DNA of 64,000 nt, taken from positions 64,001-128,000 of the forward strand of contig OZ244717.1 in the NCBI GenBank assembly GCA_965218975.1. The letters are read 5' to 3'. The translations under genes were made by a program, and so were the position numbers. Source of the stretch: Candidatus Oxydemutatoraceae bacterium (lineage in GTDB: Bacteria; Pseudomonadota; Gammaproteobacteria; Poriferisulfidales; Oxydemutatoraceae). Shown here in pieces: positions 32,189 to 41,996 of the stretch. Below the pieces are notes generated by a model, which was not told where the DNA came from, did not search any database, and saw only the letters and a list, made by a program, of their open reading frames with translations. Each line of letters starts with the position of its first letter. Position 1 is the first letter of the stretch.

Positions 32189-32547
32189 ATCAACGCTGTA
32201 GCACAGCTACAATTCTCCGCATATTGTCTCTGAAGCGGCCAATACCTAAATCCGGCGGATACTTGGAACGAATCCTCCCGATGCAATCCATACACAAAAG
32301 CGTTACGCGGTCGCCTCTGATACTATTATTTGTCCTGTAACTTCGCGCCACTCAAAAAACAGTCTTTACAGCGTACACTTTAAAATCATTCGACAATATA
32401 TTAAGTTTAACAAGCTAAGTCGAACGCCACCGGAGGGGGGCAGCGCCTGCAATTATCCTCCCGTATCAATACCCCAAGCCGGAAGGAATCTATTTTTCGC
32501 CGTAATATTAATCAATTGTTCATTAGGAGAGCACTTAGCTGAATTTT

Positions 32548-33366
32548 TTATCGTTGACAATGGCCGCAAAAGAAACTGGAACGTTGTCCGATTGTGCGGC
32601 AACGGATCAGTCTGCCGCAAGTGAAACATGGGGCGGAAGTGCGCCCATATACTTTTAGTGCAACTTTAAAATACCCGGGATTACCATCCTCCCGAATAAA
32701 ATCGCGCAGTGTTGTCCCGCCTCGCTTAATTGCATGCTGCAAAACCCGCCGCACGGACGCAGCTAATACATTCAATCGTCGTCGGGAAATGCGGCGCACG
32801 CTGCGCGCCGGATGAATACCCGCTGCATACAACGACTCGTTAGCATAAATGTTACCGATTCCAACGACCACCTTAGAATCCATAATAAAGTTTTTTATCG
32901 CAATCGCATTACGTGAACGGGACTTACGGTACAAATAATCGCCGTCAAACTGCTGGGTCAAGGGTTCGACTCCTAATGAGCGTAGCAGCTTATGCTGTAA
33001 CGGATCGCGCTGAGTCCATAACACCGTACCAAACCGCCTAGGGTCGCGGAAACGCAAAACTTTGGCATTGTTTAACACAAAATCGATATGGTCATACGCG
33101 CTTGCAGGTACGTATTTCGGTAACACTCGGAGGCTACCCGACATGCCAAAATGCAGAATTAAATTTCCTCGATTGGTATAGAACAAAAGATATTTGCCAC
33201 GCCGAGTCAATTGTTTGATAGTTGCAGATGCGGCCTTTTGTTCAATACCTTTGGTAACGGGGTAGCGCAACTGTCTTTGACGTAAAACGATCTTCTGAAA
33301 ACTGTATCCTGTTACATACGTTTCAATCCCGCGACGTATGGTTTCAACTTCAGGTAACTCGGGCAT
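32548..33366 (-). CDS. mutM: formamidopyrimidine-DNA glycosylase
   Basis: MPELPEVET, DPRRFG, GIGNIYANE, C-terminal zinc finger. Confidence 0.97.
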   Translation of the reverse strand: MPELPEVETIRRGIETYVTGYSFQKIVLRQRQLRYPVTKGIEQKAASATIKQLTRRGKYLLFYTNRGNLILHFGMSGSLRVLPKYVPASAYDHIDFVLNNAKVLRFRDPRRFGTVLWTQRDPLQHKLLRSLGVEPLTQQFDGDYLYRKSRSRNAIAIKNFIMDSKVVVGIGNIYANESLYAAGIHPARSVRRISRRRLNVLAASVRRVLQHAIKRGGTTLRDFIREDGNPGYFKVALKVYGRTSAPCFTCGRLIRCRTIGQRSSFFCGHCQR

Positions 33367-33371
33367 AACAA

Positions 33372-34349
33372 CTATTGCACGGATAACACCGCCTCAACTT
33401 CAACGTCTAGTTCCGAACGACAAACTTCACCGATTAGAAAGACAATCTGATTGGCACGTAAAGAACGTTTAGATAAACAGGTAGCGATAAACTGTTGCAG
33501 TATCTCAGCTTTTGTGATGTGACGGATGTACACTTTAAGGGAATCGAATTGATTTAAAATCACGCCGGGTTGTTGTGCGCATTTCTTGAGTAATACATCA
33601 AAATGAGCAAAAATTTGTTCCAATTGGGCCGTAGTACTATCGATATACACCGAACGATGTCCGATAATGCTTGCGGTTCCGGAAATAAAAAGCATTGTTA
33701 AATCTCCACTCCATGTCGCCCGCGAGAACAATGGCTTAGCAGTAGCTTCAATCTCGGGATACTCCCACGGATTTACTTGACGGGGGTTTTCAATCGGTGT
33801 TCCCGGTTGACGAGTTGCAATAAAAAACATCGTGCCTTGTGCGACGGTTGTCCCGATAACAGTCGTCGCACAACGCCGTTCAATCGCCGTACGGCCATCT
33901 ATTGCAAACGCTTGGTTCCTTCCTCGACAAAATAATTGATAGCGCGAAACCTCGCCTTCTTTTTGATGCAGATTCGGCAAATAATGCCAAACTCTGATTA
34001 AATGAGGAAACCCTAAATTATCTAGTAGCGTAAAAGCTTCATAGTAGGCATTGGCAATCATATAATTCAACGCAGAACCATGCTGCAATTGCACATGGCC
34101 GAACAATGCTTTCTCGTCGTGCGCATAAGAAATATTGCCGGCAATAGCCCGTGTTATCGCTCCTTCACTGCGCCAACTTTCCAGTAACAAAGGCTCTGCG
34201 GGTTGTGTCAATTGTTGCAAACCGCTATTGTAACAAAATGTCGAATCACATAGCGGCAGATTCGGATCAAATATGATTTGCGCCAATAAATCGGTAGAAC
34301 CAGCTTGTGCCAAATCTTCTTGAGTATACTCCTGATAAGAAATTTTCAT
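33372..34349 (-). CDS. FkbO/Hyg5-family chorismatase-like protein (XanB2-like)
   Basis: RVWHY, RYQLFC.GR..AF, IENPRQ...YP, FSRAT, ISGTASI.GH, VCR.EL.VEVE. Confidence 0.75.
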   Translation of the reverse strand: MKISYQEYTQEDLAQAGSTDLLAQIIFDPNLPLCDSTFCYNSGLQQLTQPAEPLLLESWRSEGAITRAIAGNISYAHDEKALFGHVQLQHGSALNYMIANAYYEAFTLLDNLGFPHLIRVWHYLPNLHQKEGEVSRYQLFCRGRNQAFAIDGRTAIERRCATTVIGTTVAQGTMFFIATRQPGTPIENPRQVNPWEYPEIEATAKPLFSRATWSGDLTMLFISGTASIIGHRSVYIDSTTAQLEQIFAHFDVLLKKCAQQPGVILNQFDSLKVYIRHITKAEILQQFIATCLSKRSLRANQIVFLIGEVCRSELDVEVEAVLSVQ

Positions 34350-34700
34350 GTGAAATAGTGAAATATTTCGTATCCGCTAAGGGAATAGTTGCCTATAATT
34401 AAATGAAACATAATATCATGCGCTCTTTGGTTAATTTTTATGTATGCATGTTTCAAATGAATTGCGGTGAAATTACTCGGCGGCTACATCAGTAGAACAT
34501 TTTCCGGTTCAATTTTTCTATCGGGAAGCAAACTTGTCTATATACATAACCCTATACATAACCCTTTTAACGTCTAACGCCCCGGAACAAGCCATATTGA
34601 AACGATCCGAGAGGCGCACATACCTTAAGCTTGACAATCAACATCCGATAATCCGCTCGCCATAGTTAATGTGTATCGCAGCATCAATGTTAACGAAGGG

Positions 34701-35216
34701 ATGAAAGTATCCGGGTTCCCGCCAATTTTGCCGCACAAGCCGTGCATATTGGTCTTAGGTTCAATACCTAGCGTCGAATCACTACGTCAGCAACAATATT
34801 ATGCGCATTCGCGTAATGCTTTCTGGAAAATTATGAGTACATTCATTGGTTTTGATGTTGGTCTAGACTACAAGCAACGCAGCGGAATTCTCAAACAACA
34901 TCATATTGCGGTATGGGATGTATTGAAACGTTGTGAAAGGCACGGTAGTTTGGACAGCGCTATCAAGCCGGAAAGCGAAAGAGCAAATAACATTGCCGAA
35001 TTTTTACAACGTCACAGTAGCATTAGAGTAGTATTATTTAATGGAAAAAAAGCGGCAGCAGCATTTAACCGTCATATTTTGCCAAAATTGCACCCCCCGC
35101 GCACCGCTGACATCTGCTTTATGACACTGCCTTCAAGTAGTCCGGCGAACGCGCGATTGAATGTAGCAGAGAAATGTGCGATATGGCACCTAATGCTTGC
35201 AAAAACAACAAACTGA
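34701..35216 (+). CDS. hypoxanthine/deoxyinosine DNA glycosylase (UDG superfamily)
   Basis: LGS.P...SL..QQYYAH.RN.FW, WDV, GSLDSAI, LPSSSPANA. Confidence 0.88.
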   Translation: MKVSGFPPILPHKPCILVLGSIPSVESLRQQQYYAHSRNAFWKIMSTFIGFDVGLDYKQRSGILKQHHIAVWDVLKRCERHGSLDSAIKPESERANNIAEFLQRHSSIRVVLFNGKKAAAAFNRHILPKLHPPRTADICFMTLPSSSPANARLNVAEKCAIWHLMLAKTTN

Positions 35217-35447
35217 CGGCAGCATTATTAGTAGAGCAAGTACTCGAGATATCCGTAATAAACCGCAGCAGCATCAGTAAGCTCGTGTGCTTTGCTAGCA
35301 TCGCATGTGGAATAACATACTGAAAAACCTATAGTTTATCGAATCCGATCGTTTGCGAACTTAATTTATCAAAATATCTTTTTTGACTGTTGTGCTCACT
35401 CGGGGTAATATTTGGGGAAGTTTTTACTACTAATATATCTTTTTTTG

Positions 35448-36635
35448 ATGATAAACATCTTATTTGGCGGCGGTTTATTCAGCCTACCTTGGTGGGGTTA
35501 TGCCCTACTTGCCTTAAGTATCACACATGTTACGATCGCCTGCGTTACCTTATATTTGCATCGCGGACAAACACACCGTGCAATCATACTTAGCCCCGCG
35601 GTGTCGCATGTAATGCGTTTTTGGTTATGGCTAAACACCGGAATGGTCACAAAAGAGTGGGTCGCGGTTCACCGCAAACATCATCATGTAGTAGAAACCG
35701 AACATGACCCGCATAGCCCACGGCACCAAGGTTTATTAAACGTGCTGTTCAAAGGCACTGAAATGTACCGAAATGAATCCGTTAATAAAGAGACTCTCAA
35801 AGTGTACGGCCAAGGTACGCCTCGCGACTGGTTGGAAAGAAATCTATATGCCAAACGTACATTGGCAGGCATAATCCTGTTATTCGTAATCCAATATATT
35901 TTATTTGGTTTGGGGGGAATTACTGTATGGGCGGTTCAAATGATGTGGATTCCATTTTTTGCTGCGGGGGTTATTAACGGTGCGGGGCATGCCGTCGGTT
36001 ATCGTAACTTTGATACTCCCGATGATTCGACAAACCTGGTGAATTTTGGCATCATTATCGGTGGCGAAGAACTTCACAATAATCACCACGCATTCCCCGG
36101 TTCGGCAAAATTTTCCCTAAAGCCATGGGAATTTGATATTGGTTGGGTATATATTAAAATATTGCAGAAATGCAAACTGGCTGTCGTTCGCCAAGTTGCT
36201 TCTCCTAAGATACAGATGCCACAAAATAACTTGGATCTTGAAGCGGCAAAAATACTGTTCCGCGACCATGTGCATGTCATGGCGGAGTATATTAATGCTG
36301 TGATGCGTCCGATATTTTTCAATGAACTCAGTAAGGCAAAAACACAAATCAATGATTACAATTTATTAAAGAAAGCAAAGCATGCTTTTTTTAATCATAG
36401 AACTCGCATCCGATTAAACGAACATAAAAAACTAGAAGAAGTATTGCACGCAAATCAGGCAATGCAAACTGCCTACGAATTTAAACACTTGTTACAGACT
36501 TTGTGGCACGCACACCGAAACGATCACGAAAAACTAAAAGAGGCTTTATTGGAGTGGTGCTCTCAAGCGGAAGAAACCGGCTTGGTGGCGTTAAAGGATT
36601 TTGCTCTTAGAATGAAAGGAACAAAAGCCATATAA
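35448..36635 (+). CDS. DesA-type acyl-lipid/acyl-CoA desaturase with C-terminal helical extension (start uncertain)
   Basis: YLHRGQTH, WVAVHRKHH, DPHSP, GEELHNNHH, WEFDIGW. Confidence 0.9.
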   Translation: MINILFGGGLFSLPWWGYALLALSITHVTIACVTLYLHRGQTHRAIILSPAVSHVMRFWLWLNTGMVTKEWVAVHRKHHHVVETEHDPHSPRHQGLLNVLFKGTEMYRNESVNKETLKVYGQGTPRDWLERNLYAKRTLAGIILLFVIQYILFGLGGITVWAVQMMWIPFFAAGVINGAGHAVGYRNFDTPDDSTNLVNFGIIIGGEELHNNHHAFPGSAKFSLKPWEFDIGWVYIKILQKCKLAVVRQVASPKIQMPQNNLDLEAAKILFRDHVHVMAEYINAVMRPIFFNELSKAKTQINDYNLLKKAKHAFFNHRTRIRLNEHKKLEEVLHANQAMQTAYEFKHLLQTLWHAHRNDHEKLKEALLEWCSQAEETGLVALKDFALRMKGTKAI

Positions 36636-36705
36636 CTCTCTTAGTTTTCTTTTAGAAACTTTTTACATACCCTCGCTACCCGGATTCATCCTCCAAGTAA
36701 AGGAA

Positions 36706-36861
36706 CTACTTAATTTTTTGTTCTCTATAGACGACGTGCTTACGAATCACCGGATCGTACTTCTTCAACGAAAGCTTCTCCGTCATATTCCGCTTATTTT
36801 TGGTTGTCGTATAGTAATGTCCCGTATCTGCAGAAGAAACCAGTTTTATCTTTTCACGCAT
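36706..36861 (-). CDS. rpmG: 50S ribosomal protein L33 (below the ORF-track cutoff)
   Basis: [51 protein letters not shown]. Confidence 0.95.
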   Translation of the reverse strand: MREKIKLVSSADTGHYYTTTKNKRNMTEKLSLKKYDPVIRKHVVYREQKIK

Positions 36862-36884
36862 GATTTCCGAGGCGCAGCAATCGC

Positions 36885-37121
36885 TTAAACCTTTTCTCCT
36901 CGTTCACGTATGTCAGCAAGCACAGTGGCAATACCTTTCTTATTAATGATCCTCAGTCCCTTTCTAGAAACACGTAATTTCACCCAACGATTTTCGTCAC
37001 CAATCCAAAATCTCAACGTATGTATATTCGGCAAAAAACGACGACGCGTCTTATTATGCGCATGGGACACATTATTCCCGCTCATGGGCTTTTTCCCAGT
37101 TACTTGACAAATCCTAGACAT
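36885..37121 (-). CDS. rpmB: 50S ribosomal protein L28
   Basis: [32 protein letters not shown]. Confidence 0.97.
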   Translation of the reverse strand: MSRICQVTGKKPMSGNNVSHAHNKTRRRFLPNIHTLRFWIGDENRWVKLRVSRKGLRIINKKGIATVLADIRERGEKV

Positions 37122-37298
37122 ATTCCAAACTTATTTTGCCAGTTTCTAAAGGTGTATATTCTAGCAAAAAATCAATCCCGGTAATAGAGTGTGTACGATG
37201 CCACCCTAAATGGGATTCTTGGAGGGCTTCGGGGGAAGCGTTCGGCAGTAACATTCGGACCGGTGCTTTCTCCCCGTTGCCGACATGAGGGCGGTGCA

Positions 37299-37494
37299 GG
37301 GTGAGACGCGCCCGGAAAACCGATCGGTTTTCAGCGGCGAACGACCCGACAAGGACGTCGGGGCTGGCACTCATTGACAGAACCCAGTCTCGTCATGGGT
37401 GAGACGCGCCCGGAAAACCAATTGGTTTTCAGCGGTGAACGACCCGACAAGGACGTCGGGGCTGGAGCTTGTTGACAGAACCCAGTCGCGTCAT
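37299..37494. repeat. 98-bp structured repeat, 2 tandem units
   Basis: Units at 37299 and 37397. Confidence 0.95.
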
Positions 37495-37769
37495 GGATGA
37501 CAGGCACTTTGCCGACAATCCGGCACAATCCGCCGAAAATCCGACAACAAACACAAAACGGTTTCATAACCGGTCATTGAATGCTTCCGTATCGGCGAAT
37601 AGCAGGTCTTCTGCATGATCGATACAATCTTCTTGGACGGTGCGGTTGAAGCGCTTGATGTGCGCGTTCATTTTCGGACACTTGGGATAGGTCAGCCGTT
37701 GCTCGGTCGCAGGTGATTCCCGGATGAGCCGGGCAAACTGCCCTTGAAACTCACTGCCGCCGTCCGTCA

Positions 37770-37867
37770 GGGTGAGACGCGCTCGGAAAACCGATCGGTT
37801 TTCAGCGGCGAACGACCCGACAAGGACGTCGGGGCTGGTGCTCATTGACAGAACCAAGTCTCGTCAT
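37770..37867. repeat. 98-bp structured repeat, 1 unit
   Basis: Sits between the KVLV and LTDGG codons of the transposase. Confidence 0.95.
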
Positions 37868-38393
37868 GGACGACAAGCACTTTGCCAGGTTGCGGCAGTA
37901 CCGACACTATACACGCCAGGGTCAGGCGCAGGAATGCGGCAGCACTACGGCTGTTACAGCGGTTGGTTGCCGTTGCTGTTGCCATACGGGTATAGACATC
38001 AATAGCCTATATGTTGGATTTGCAAGGCTTCTCCTCCTGTCGGCAGGAGTGCCAAATGTTTCTGAGCTTATGCATGCGAGGCGCTAGTCCCAGTGCGGCG
38101 ATAATGCCGACGCCAACGGTACAAAGTGCTGCGACCGACCTTGAATGCGTTCGGGAGTTACAACCCTCCCAAAATGAGGGCATCATATTTCTGTTGAAGT
38201 TTAGAGCACTCATGAGCCTCCATCTTTGAGGTTAAACAGGCTCATATAGAAACCTTTGATGCGGTGGCCGATGTGCTGATATTACATATTGCATATCGGT
38301 CACCTTTTTATTGAAAAGTATTTTCCGGTATGTATCTGGACACGTACATCAAACCCTTATATGATTAATCTTATTCACTGGCTTGAAGCAATA

Positions 38394-38762
38394 ATGAGTG
38401 CCATTTTTATAGAAGCACTGAAAGTTGACGTTATTATCGGTGTTTTCGAATGGGAAAAACGTATCCCCCAAACAGTGCTAATTGATTTGGAAATAGTAAC
38501 GGATTCATCGGTTGCAGCGATAAGTGACAATATCGCAGATGCTCTCAATTACAAAGATATTGCCAAAAGAGTGATGAATTTCGCCAGCGAAAGTAGATTT
38601 ACGCTAATTGAAACGCTTGCTGAAAGAACTGCTAATCTTCTAATTAAAGAATTTAAAATTTCGACTATTAAGGTAACAGTGAACAAACCAAGAGCTGTGC
38701 GTCATTCAAAAAATGTCCGTATTACCGTAGAAAAATCTGCTCATGAAGAAAGCCTTCGTTAG
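38394..38762 (+). CDS. folB: dihydroneopterin aldolase
   Basis: IIGVFEWEK...Q...IDL, ALNY, LIETLAE, KP. Confidence 0.93.
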   Translation: MSAIFIEALKVDVIIGVFEWEKRIPQTVLIDLEIVTDSSVAAISDNIADALNYKDIAKRVMNFASESRFTLIETLAERTANLLIKEFKISTIKVTVNKPRAVRHSKNVRITVEKSAHEESLR

Positions 38763-39270
38763 CATCGGTAGCAACATCGATAAAGAGCGCAATGTTGCCA
38801 ATTGCATCAAAACTTTACATCGGACTTTCGGCGCTTTAATTCTATCTCCCGTATACGAATCAAAACCGGTCGGATTTGTCGGGGATAATTTCTACAATAT
38901 GGTTGTTGCTTTCGATACCATACTTTCGCCTCAAAAAATCCACACTTTACTGCGACAGATCGAACATAAATATCAGCGTATCCGGGGGGGGGACAAGTTC
39001 GTCTCACGAACTCTGGACCTAGATCAATTGCTGCATGATAACCTAGTCATTGAAAGTGGCCAGTTGAAACTTCCTAGCGAAGAAATTACCCGATATATGC
39101 ACGTCCTATACCCGCTTGCCGATATTGCCGGAAGTTTGTGTCATCCGATACTGGGAAAAACGTATCGCGAGTTACGTAACAAACTGAATCCGCTCATCAC
39201 GCCGGTCAATATCATTCCGTTTGAGGCAATTGAGAAAAGAACATCCTTACCCGCACGCGACACCGCCTAA
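38743..39270 (+). CDS. folK: 2-amino-4-hydroxy-6-hydroxymethyldihydropteridine diphosphokinase
   Basis: SIGSNI, SPVYES.PVGF, RTLDLD, HP. Confidence 0.92.
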   Translation: MKKAFVSIGSNIDKERNVANCIKTLHRTFGALILSPVYESKPVGFVGDNFYNMVVAFDTILSPQKIHTLLRQIEHKYQRIRGGDKFVSRTLDLDQLLHDNLVIESGQLKLPSEEITRYMHVLYPLADIAGSLCHPILGKTYRELRNKLNPLITPVNIIPFEAIEKRTSLPARDTA

Positions 39271-40007
39271 TTACTTAACGTGCGTCCTCCATCAACAACG
39301 ATTGTTTGCCCGGTTGTATAATCTGCGTCGCAGATTAGAAAAAGCACCGCATGCGCAATATCACGCGGTTTTCCTTCTCGCTTGAGGGCGGTACGCGCAA
39401 TAATTTCACGATGCACTGCCATATACGATTCCTGCTCCGGCCATAAAATAGCGCCAGGCGCCACCGCATTACAACGTACTTGCGGAGCAAGTTCACGCGC
39501 CAACGCTTTAGTCAATGCGACTAATCCCGCTTTGGCGACCGAATATGCCGAATATGTCTTCAGTGGTCGGTCGGTATGAATATCCGTGATATTAACGATA
39601 CAGCCTCTGCGTTTTTTTAATTCGTTAGCAAAATATTGTGTAAGAAAAAAAGGCGCTTTAATATGTACGCTCAGCATTTCATCCCATTCTTGCTCGGTCG
39701 CCCGCATCATCGGCGTCGGATAAAATGCCGAGGCATTATTGACTAACACGTCAATGCCTCCCCAATGTGCAACCGCTTCTCGCGCTAATTCCCGCAACGC
39801 AGACGATTGCAATAAGTTTGCCCGAATGACATGCGCCGAATCTGCCCGTTTACCGTTCAACGATCGACTGATTTCTTCAACCTCAGAAACGGAGTGGCGA
39901 CAATGCAACAAGACTTTCATACCTTCGTTATGCAACGCCACTGCTATTTCAGCACCGATGCGCCGTCCCGCACCGGTAATCAAAACTACTTTATCTGACG
40001 CTCTCAT
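39267..40007 (-). CDS. pteridine reductase (SDR, FolM/PTR1-like)
   Basis: ITGAGRRIG, NNASAF, Y...K (YSVAK), APGAILWP. Confidence 0.88.
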   Translation of the reverse strand: MRASDKVVLITGAGRRIGAEIAVALHNEGMKVLLHCRHSVSEVEEISRSLNGKRADSAHVIRANLLQSSALRELAREAVAHWGGIDVLVNNASAFYPTPMMRATEQEWDEMLSVHIKAPFFLTQYFANELKKRRGCIVNITDIHTDRPLKTYSAYSVAKAGLVALTKALARELAPQVRCNAVAPGAILWPEQESYMAVHREIIARTALKREGKPRDIAHAVLFLICDADYTTGQTIVVDGGRTLSN

Positions 40008-40072
40008 CCCTATTATTGTGCTTTACTTTGAAGAAAGATTAAAATCAATCATAATAGCCTTCTTCGTTCCTC

Positions 40073-40858
40073 ATGGATTTTATACAGGCAATTACTTTAT
40101 CTTTGGTTCAGGGCCTTACTGAATTTTTGCCGATATCCAGTTCGGCACACCTAATTTTATTTTCAAAGCTAGCCGGTTGGAAGGATCAAGGTGTCGCTTT
40201 TGATGCTGTAGTTCACTTTGGAACATTAACCGCAGTGGTTTTTTACTATCGTGCCACTTTACTGAATAACTCAATCACCAACATCTTGCCGACCAAACAC
40301 CATCCTTTGCTACTCGTCGGTATCGCCAGTATCCCCATTTTTATCGTTGCTTACCAGTTTGAATCAATTATTACATCACAACTACGCACTCCTTTGATCA
40401 TTGCCGGTTCAACCATCTGCTTTGGGCTGCTACTTTGGTTAGCGGACTACGTCGGCAAAAAAGGCAATCCAAGTAACACAATCATCACCGTTCCGTATGC
40501 TTTATTGATTGGTATTGCGCAGATATTAGCTTTGATTCCCGGCACTTCGCGTGCCGGTATAACATTAACAGCGGGTTTATTGCTTGGCTTATCACGCACT
40601 CACGCGACACATTTCTCTTTTCTATTGGCAATTCCAACCATTGCCGCCGCCGTTTTGTACGAGGGACTTAAACTTTCTGCCGTGCCCGATACCGATATTC
40701 AGCTATTATTGGTATTGTTGCTAAGTTTTGCGCTATCTGCTTCTGTCGCACTTTTAACTATTCACTTTTTTCTTGCTTTGGTTGAAAAAATCGGGATGCT
40801 GCCATTTGTCATTTACCGCATTGTTCTCGGCAGTATCCTACTTGTTTTGTTCGGATAA
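40073..40858 (+). CDS. uppP: undecaprenyl-diphosphate phosphatase
   Basis: VQGLTEFLPISSSAH, PGTSRAG, FSFLLAIP. Confidence 0.95.
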   Translation: MDFIQAITLSLVQGLTEFLPISSSAHLILFSKLAGWKDQGVAFDAVVHFGTLTAVVFYYRATLLNNSITNILPTKHHPLLLVGIASIPIFIVAYQFESIITSQLRTPLIIAGSTICFGLLLWLADYVGKKGNPSNTIITVPYALLIGIAQILALIPGTSRAGITLTAGLLLGLSRTHATHFSFLLAIPTIAAAVLYEGLKLSAVPDTDIQLLLVLLLSFALSASVALLTIHFFLALVEKIGMLPFVIYRIVLGSILLVLFG

Positions 40859-41992
40859 ATCGGATAAAAAATTATTCAACGCTCGTATTTGCTCCGTTTC
40901 CACCATTATTTTAATCTCCCGAGGGTTATCGTGTTTCAATGCACTGCTCAAATCGGCATGGATAACTTTATGTAACGCCGAATAGATCAACTCACAGACC
41001 GGCGTGCCACGATAGGCATCAAGGTGCGACGGTAACGCACACATTCGCCATACCGGCATTAACATACCCAATCGCTGCGGATTTCTTAGCAAATCATTTT
41101 GCTTAAAAAAGTTAAACAGAGACTCGGCGCTAAAATCTGCGCTGGTTTTCGTCAGTTTATAAAGCTGTGGCATCACTCTGGTTAGTTGCCGATAATTTTT
41201 TGGCGCTTTTAATCCGGCACACCATTCATCAAGCAACAAATCCGCCGCCGCCGCCCAACTTACGAGCACCGCAAAACTGACCTCAGCTTTCCCCTTGGAT
41301 GCGGCGCCGCTCAACGCATTGGCAAGCAATTTCTCAAGCGACAATTCTCCGAATAGAATGTCCAATTCGGCGGCAATAATTTCCAAAGTATTCGTATCTT
41401 TCAATGTACGAAAAAATGCCGCCGGCGCCGGTGTGATAAGCGCTGCGGTTAATTCTTTCCATATACGTTCGGGAACCAGCGTTGAAATCTCGCTTTTAAC
41501 GCTCATCGTCCGCATCAACTCAAGCGTATCGTCGGCGATATAAAACCCTTTCGGTTGAAATCGCGCAAGAAAACGCGCGATGCGTAATACCCGTACCGGA
41601 TCTTCGGCAAAAGCGGGCGATACATGCCGCAGAACTCCTTTGTGCAAGTCATCCAGCCCGCCGAACGGATCAATTAATTCGCCTTCATCGTCTACCGCCA
41701 TTGCGTTAATTGTCAAATCGCGTCGCCGTAGGTCCTCTTCCAAAGTCACATCAGGTCCGGCATGAAAAACAAACCCATGATAGCCTTTTCCGGTCTTACG
41801 CTCAGTTCTTGCCAATGCGTATTCTTCTTTTGTCCGAGGGTGCAAAAATACCGGGAAATCCTTGCCTACCGGCTTAAAATTATGCTCTATCATGACTTCA
41901 GGCGAAGCATCAACCACGACCCAATCGCGCTCGTTTACCGGCAAGCCGAGCAGTTTATCGCGCACTGCTCCACCAACAAGAAAAACTTTCAT
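40838..41992 (-). CDS. cca: CCA tRNA nucleotidyltransferase
   Basis: VGGAVRDKLLG, GKDFPVFLHP, EDL.RRDLTINAMA, EDPVRVLR. Confidence 0.95.
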   Translation of the reverse strand: MKVFLVGGAVRDKLLGLPVNERDWVVVDASPEVMIEHNFKPVGKDFPVFLHPRTKEEYALARTERKTGKGYHGFVFHAGPDVTLEEDLRRRDLTINAMAVDDEGELIDPFGGLDDLHKGVLRHVSPAFAEDPVRVLRIARFLARFQPKGFYIADDTLELMRTMSVKSEISTLVPERIWKELTAALITPAPAAFFRTLKDTNTLEIIAAELDILFGELSLEKLLANALSGAASKGKAEVSFAVLVSWAAAADLLLDEWCAGLKAPKNYRQLTRVMPQLYKLTKTSADFSAESLFNFFKQNDLLRNPQRLGMLMPVWRMCALPSHLDAYRGTPVCELIYSALHKVIHADLSSALKHDNPREIKIMVETEQIRALNNFLSDLSEQNK

Positions 41993-41996
41993 TGAA

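Larger units (their letters stand above)
37192..38348 (-). mobile_element. IS481-family element copy C (defective, three 98-bp repeats, variant left end)
   Basis: Right end TGTACGATGCCA at 37192. Left end reads TGTACGTGTCCAGATAC on the - strand from 38348. Transposase fragments lie between. Confidence 0.9.

Noticed and set aside
32189-32547. Long ggt-mutM convergent gap as an ncRNA or relic gene
   Set aside because: No recognisable RNA motif, repeat or credible ORF seen by eye.
34541-34564. TATACATAACCC tandem duplication (similarly CATAAAGAAT x2 at about 30243)
   Set aside because: Two-copy local duplications with no further structure.
37186-38354. Target-site duplications for copies C, D and E
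   Set aside because: The flanks do not match (AGAGTG/TCAAAC, CCGCTC/TTATAT, AAGGTG/CAAAAT). Only A and, imperfectly, B show one.
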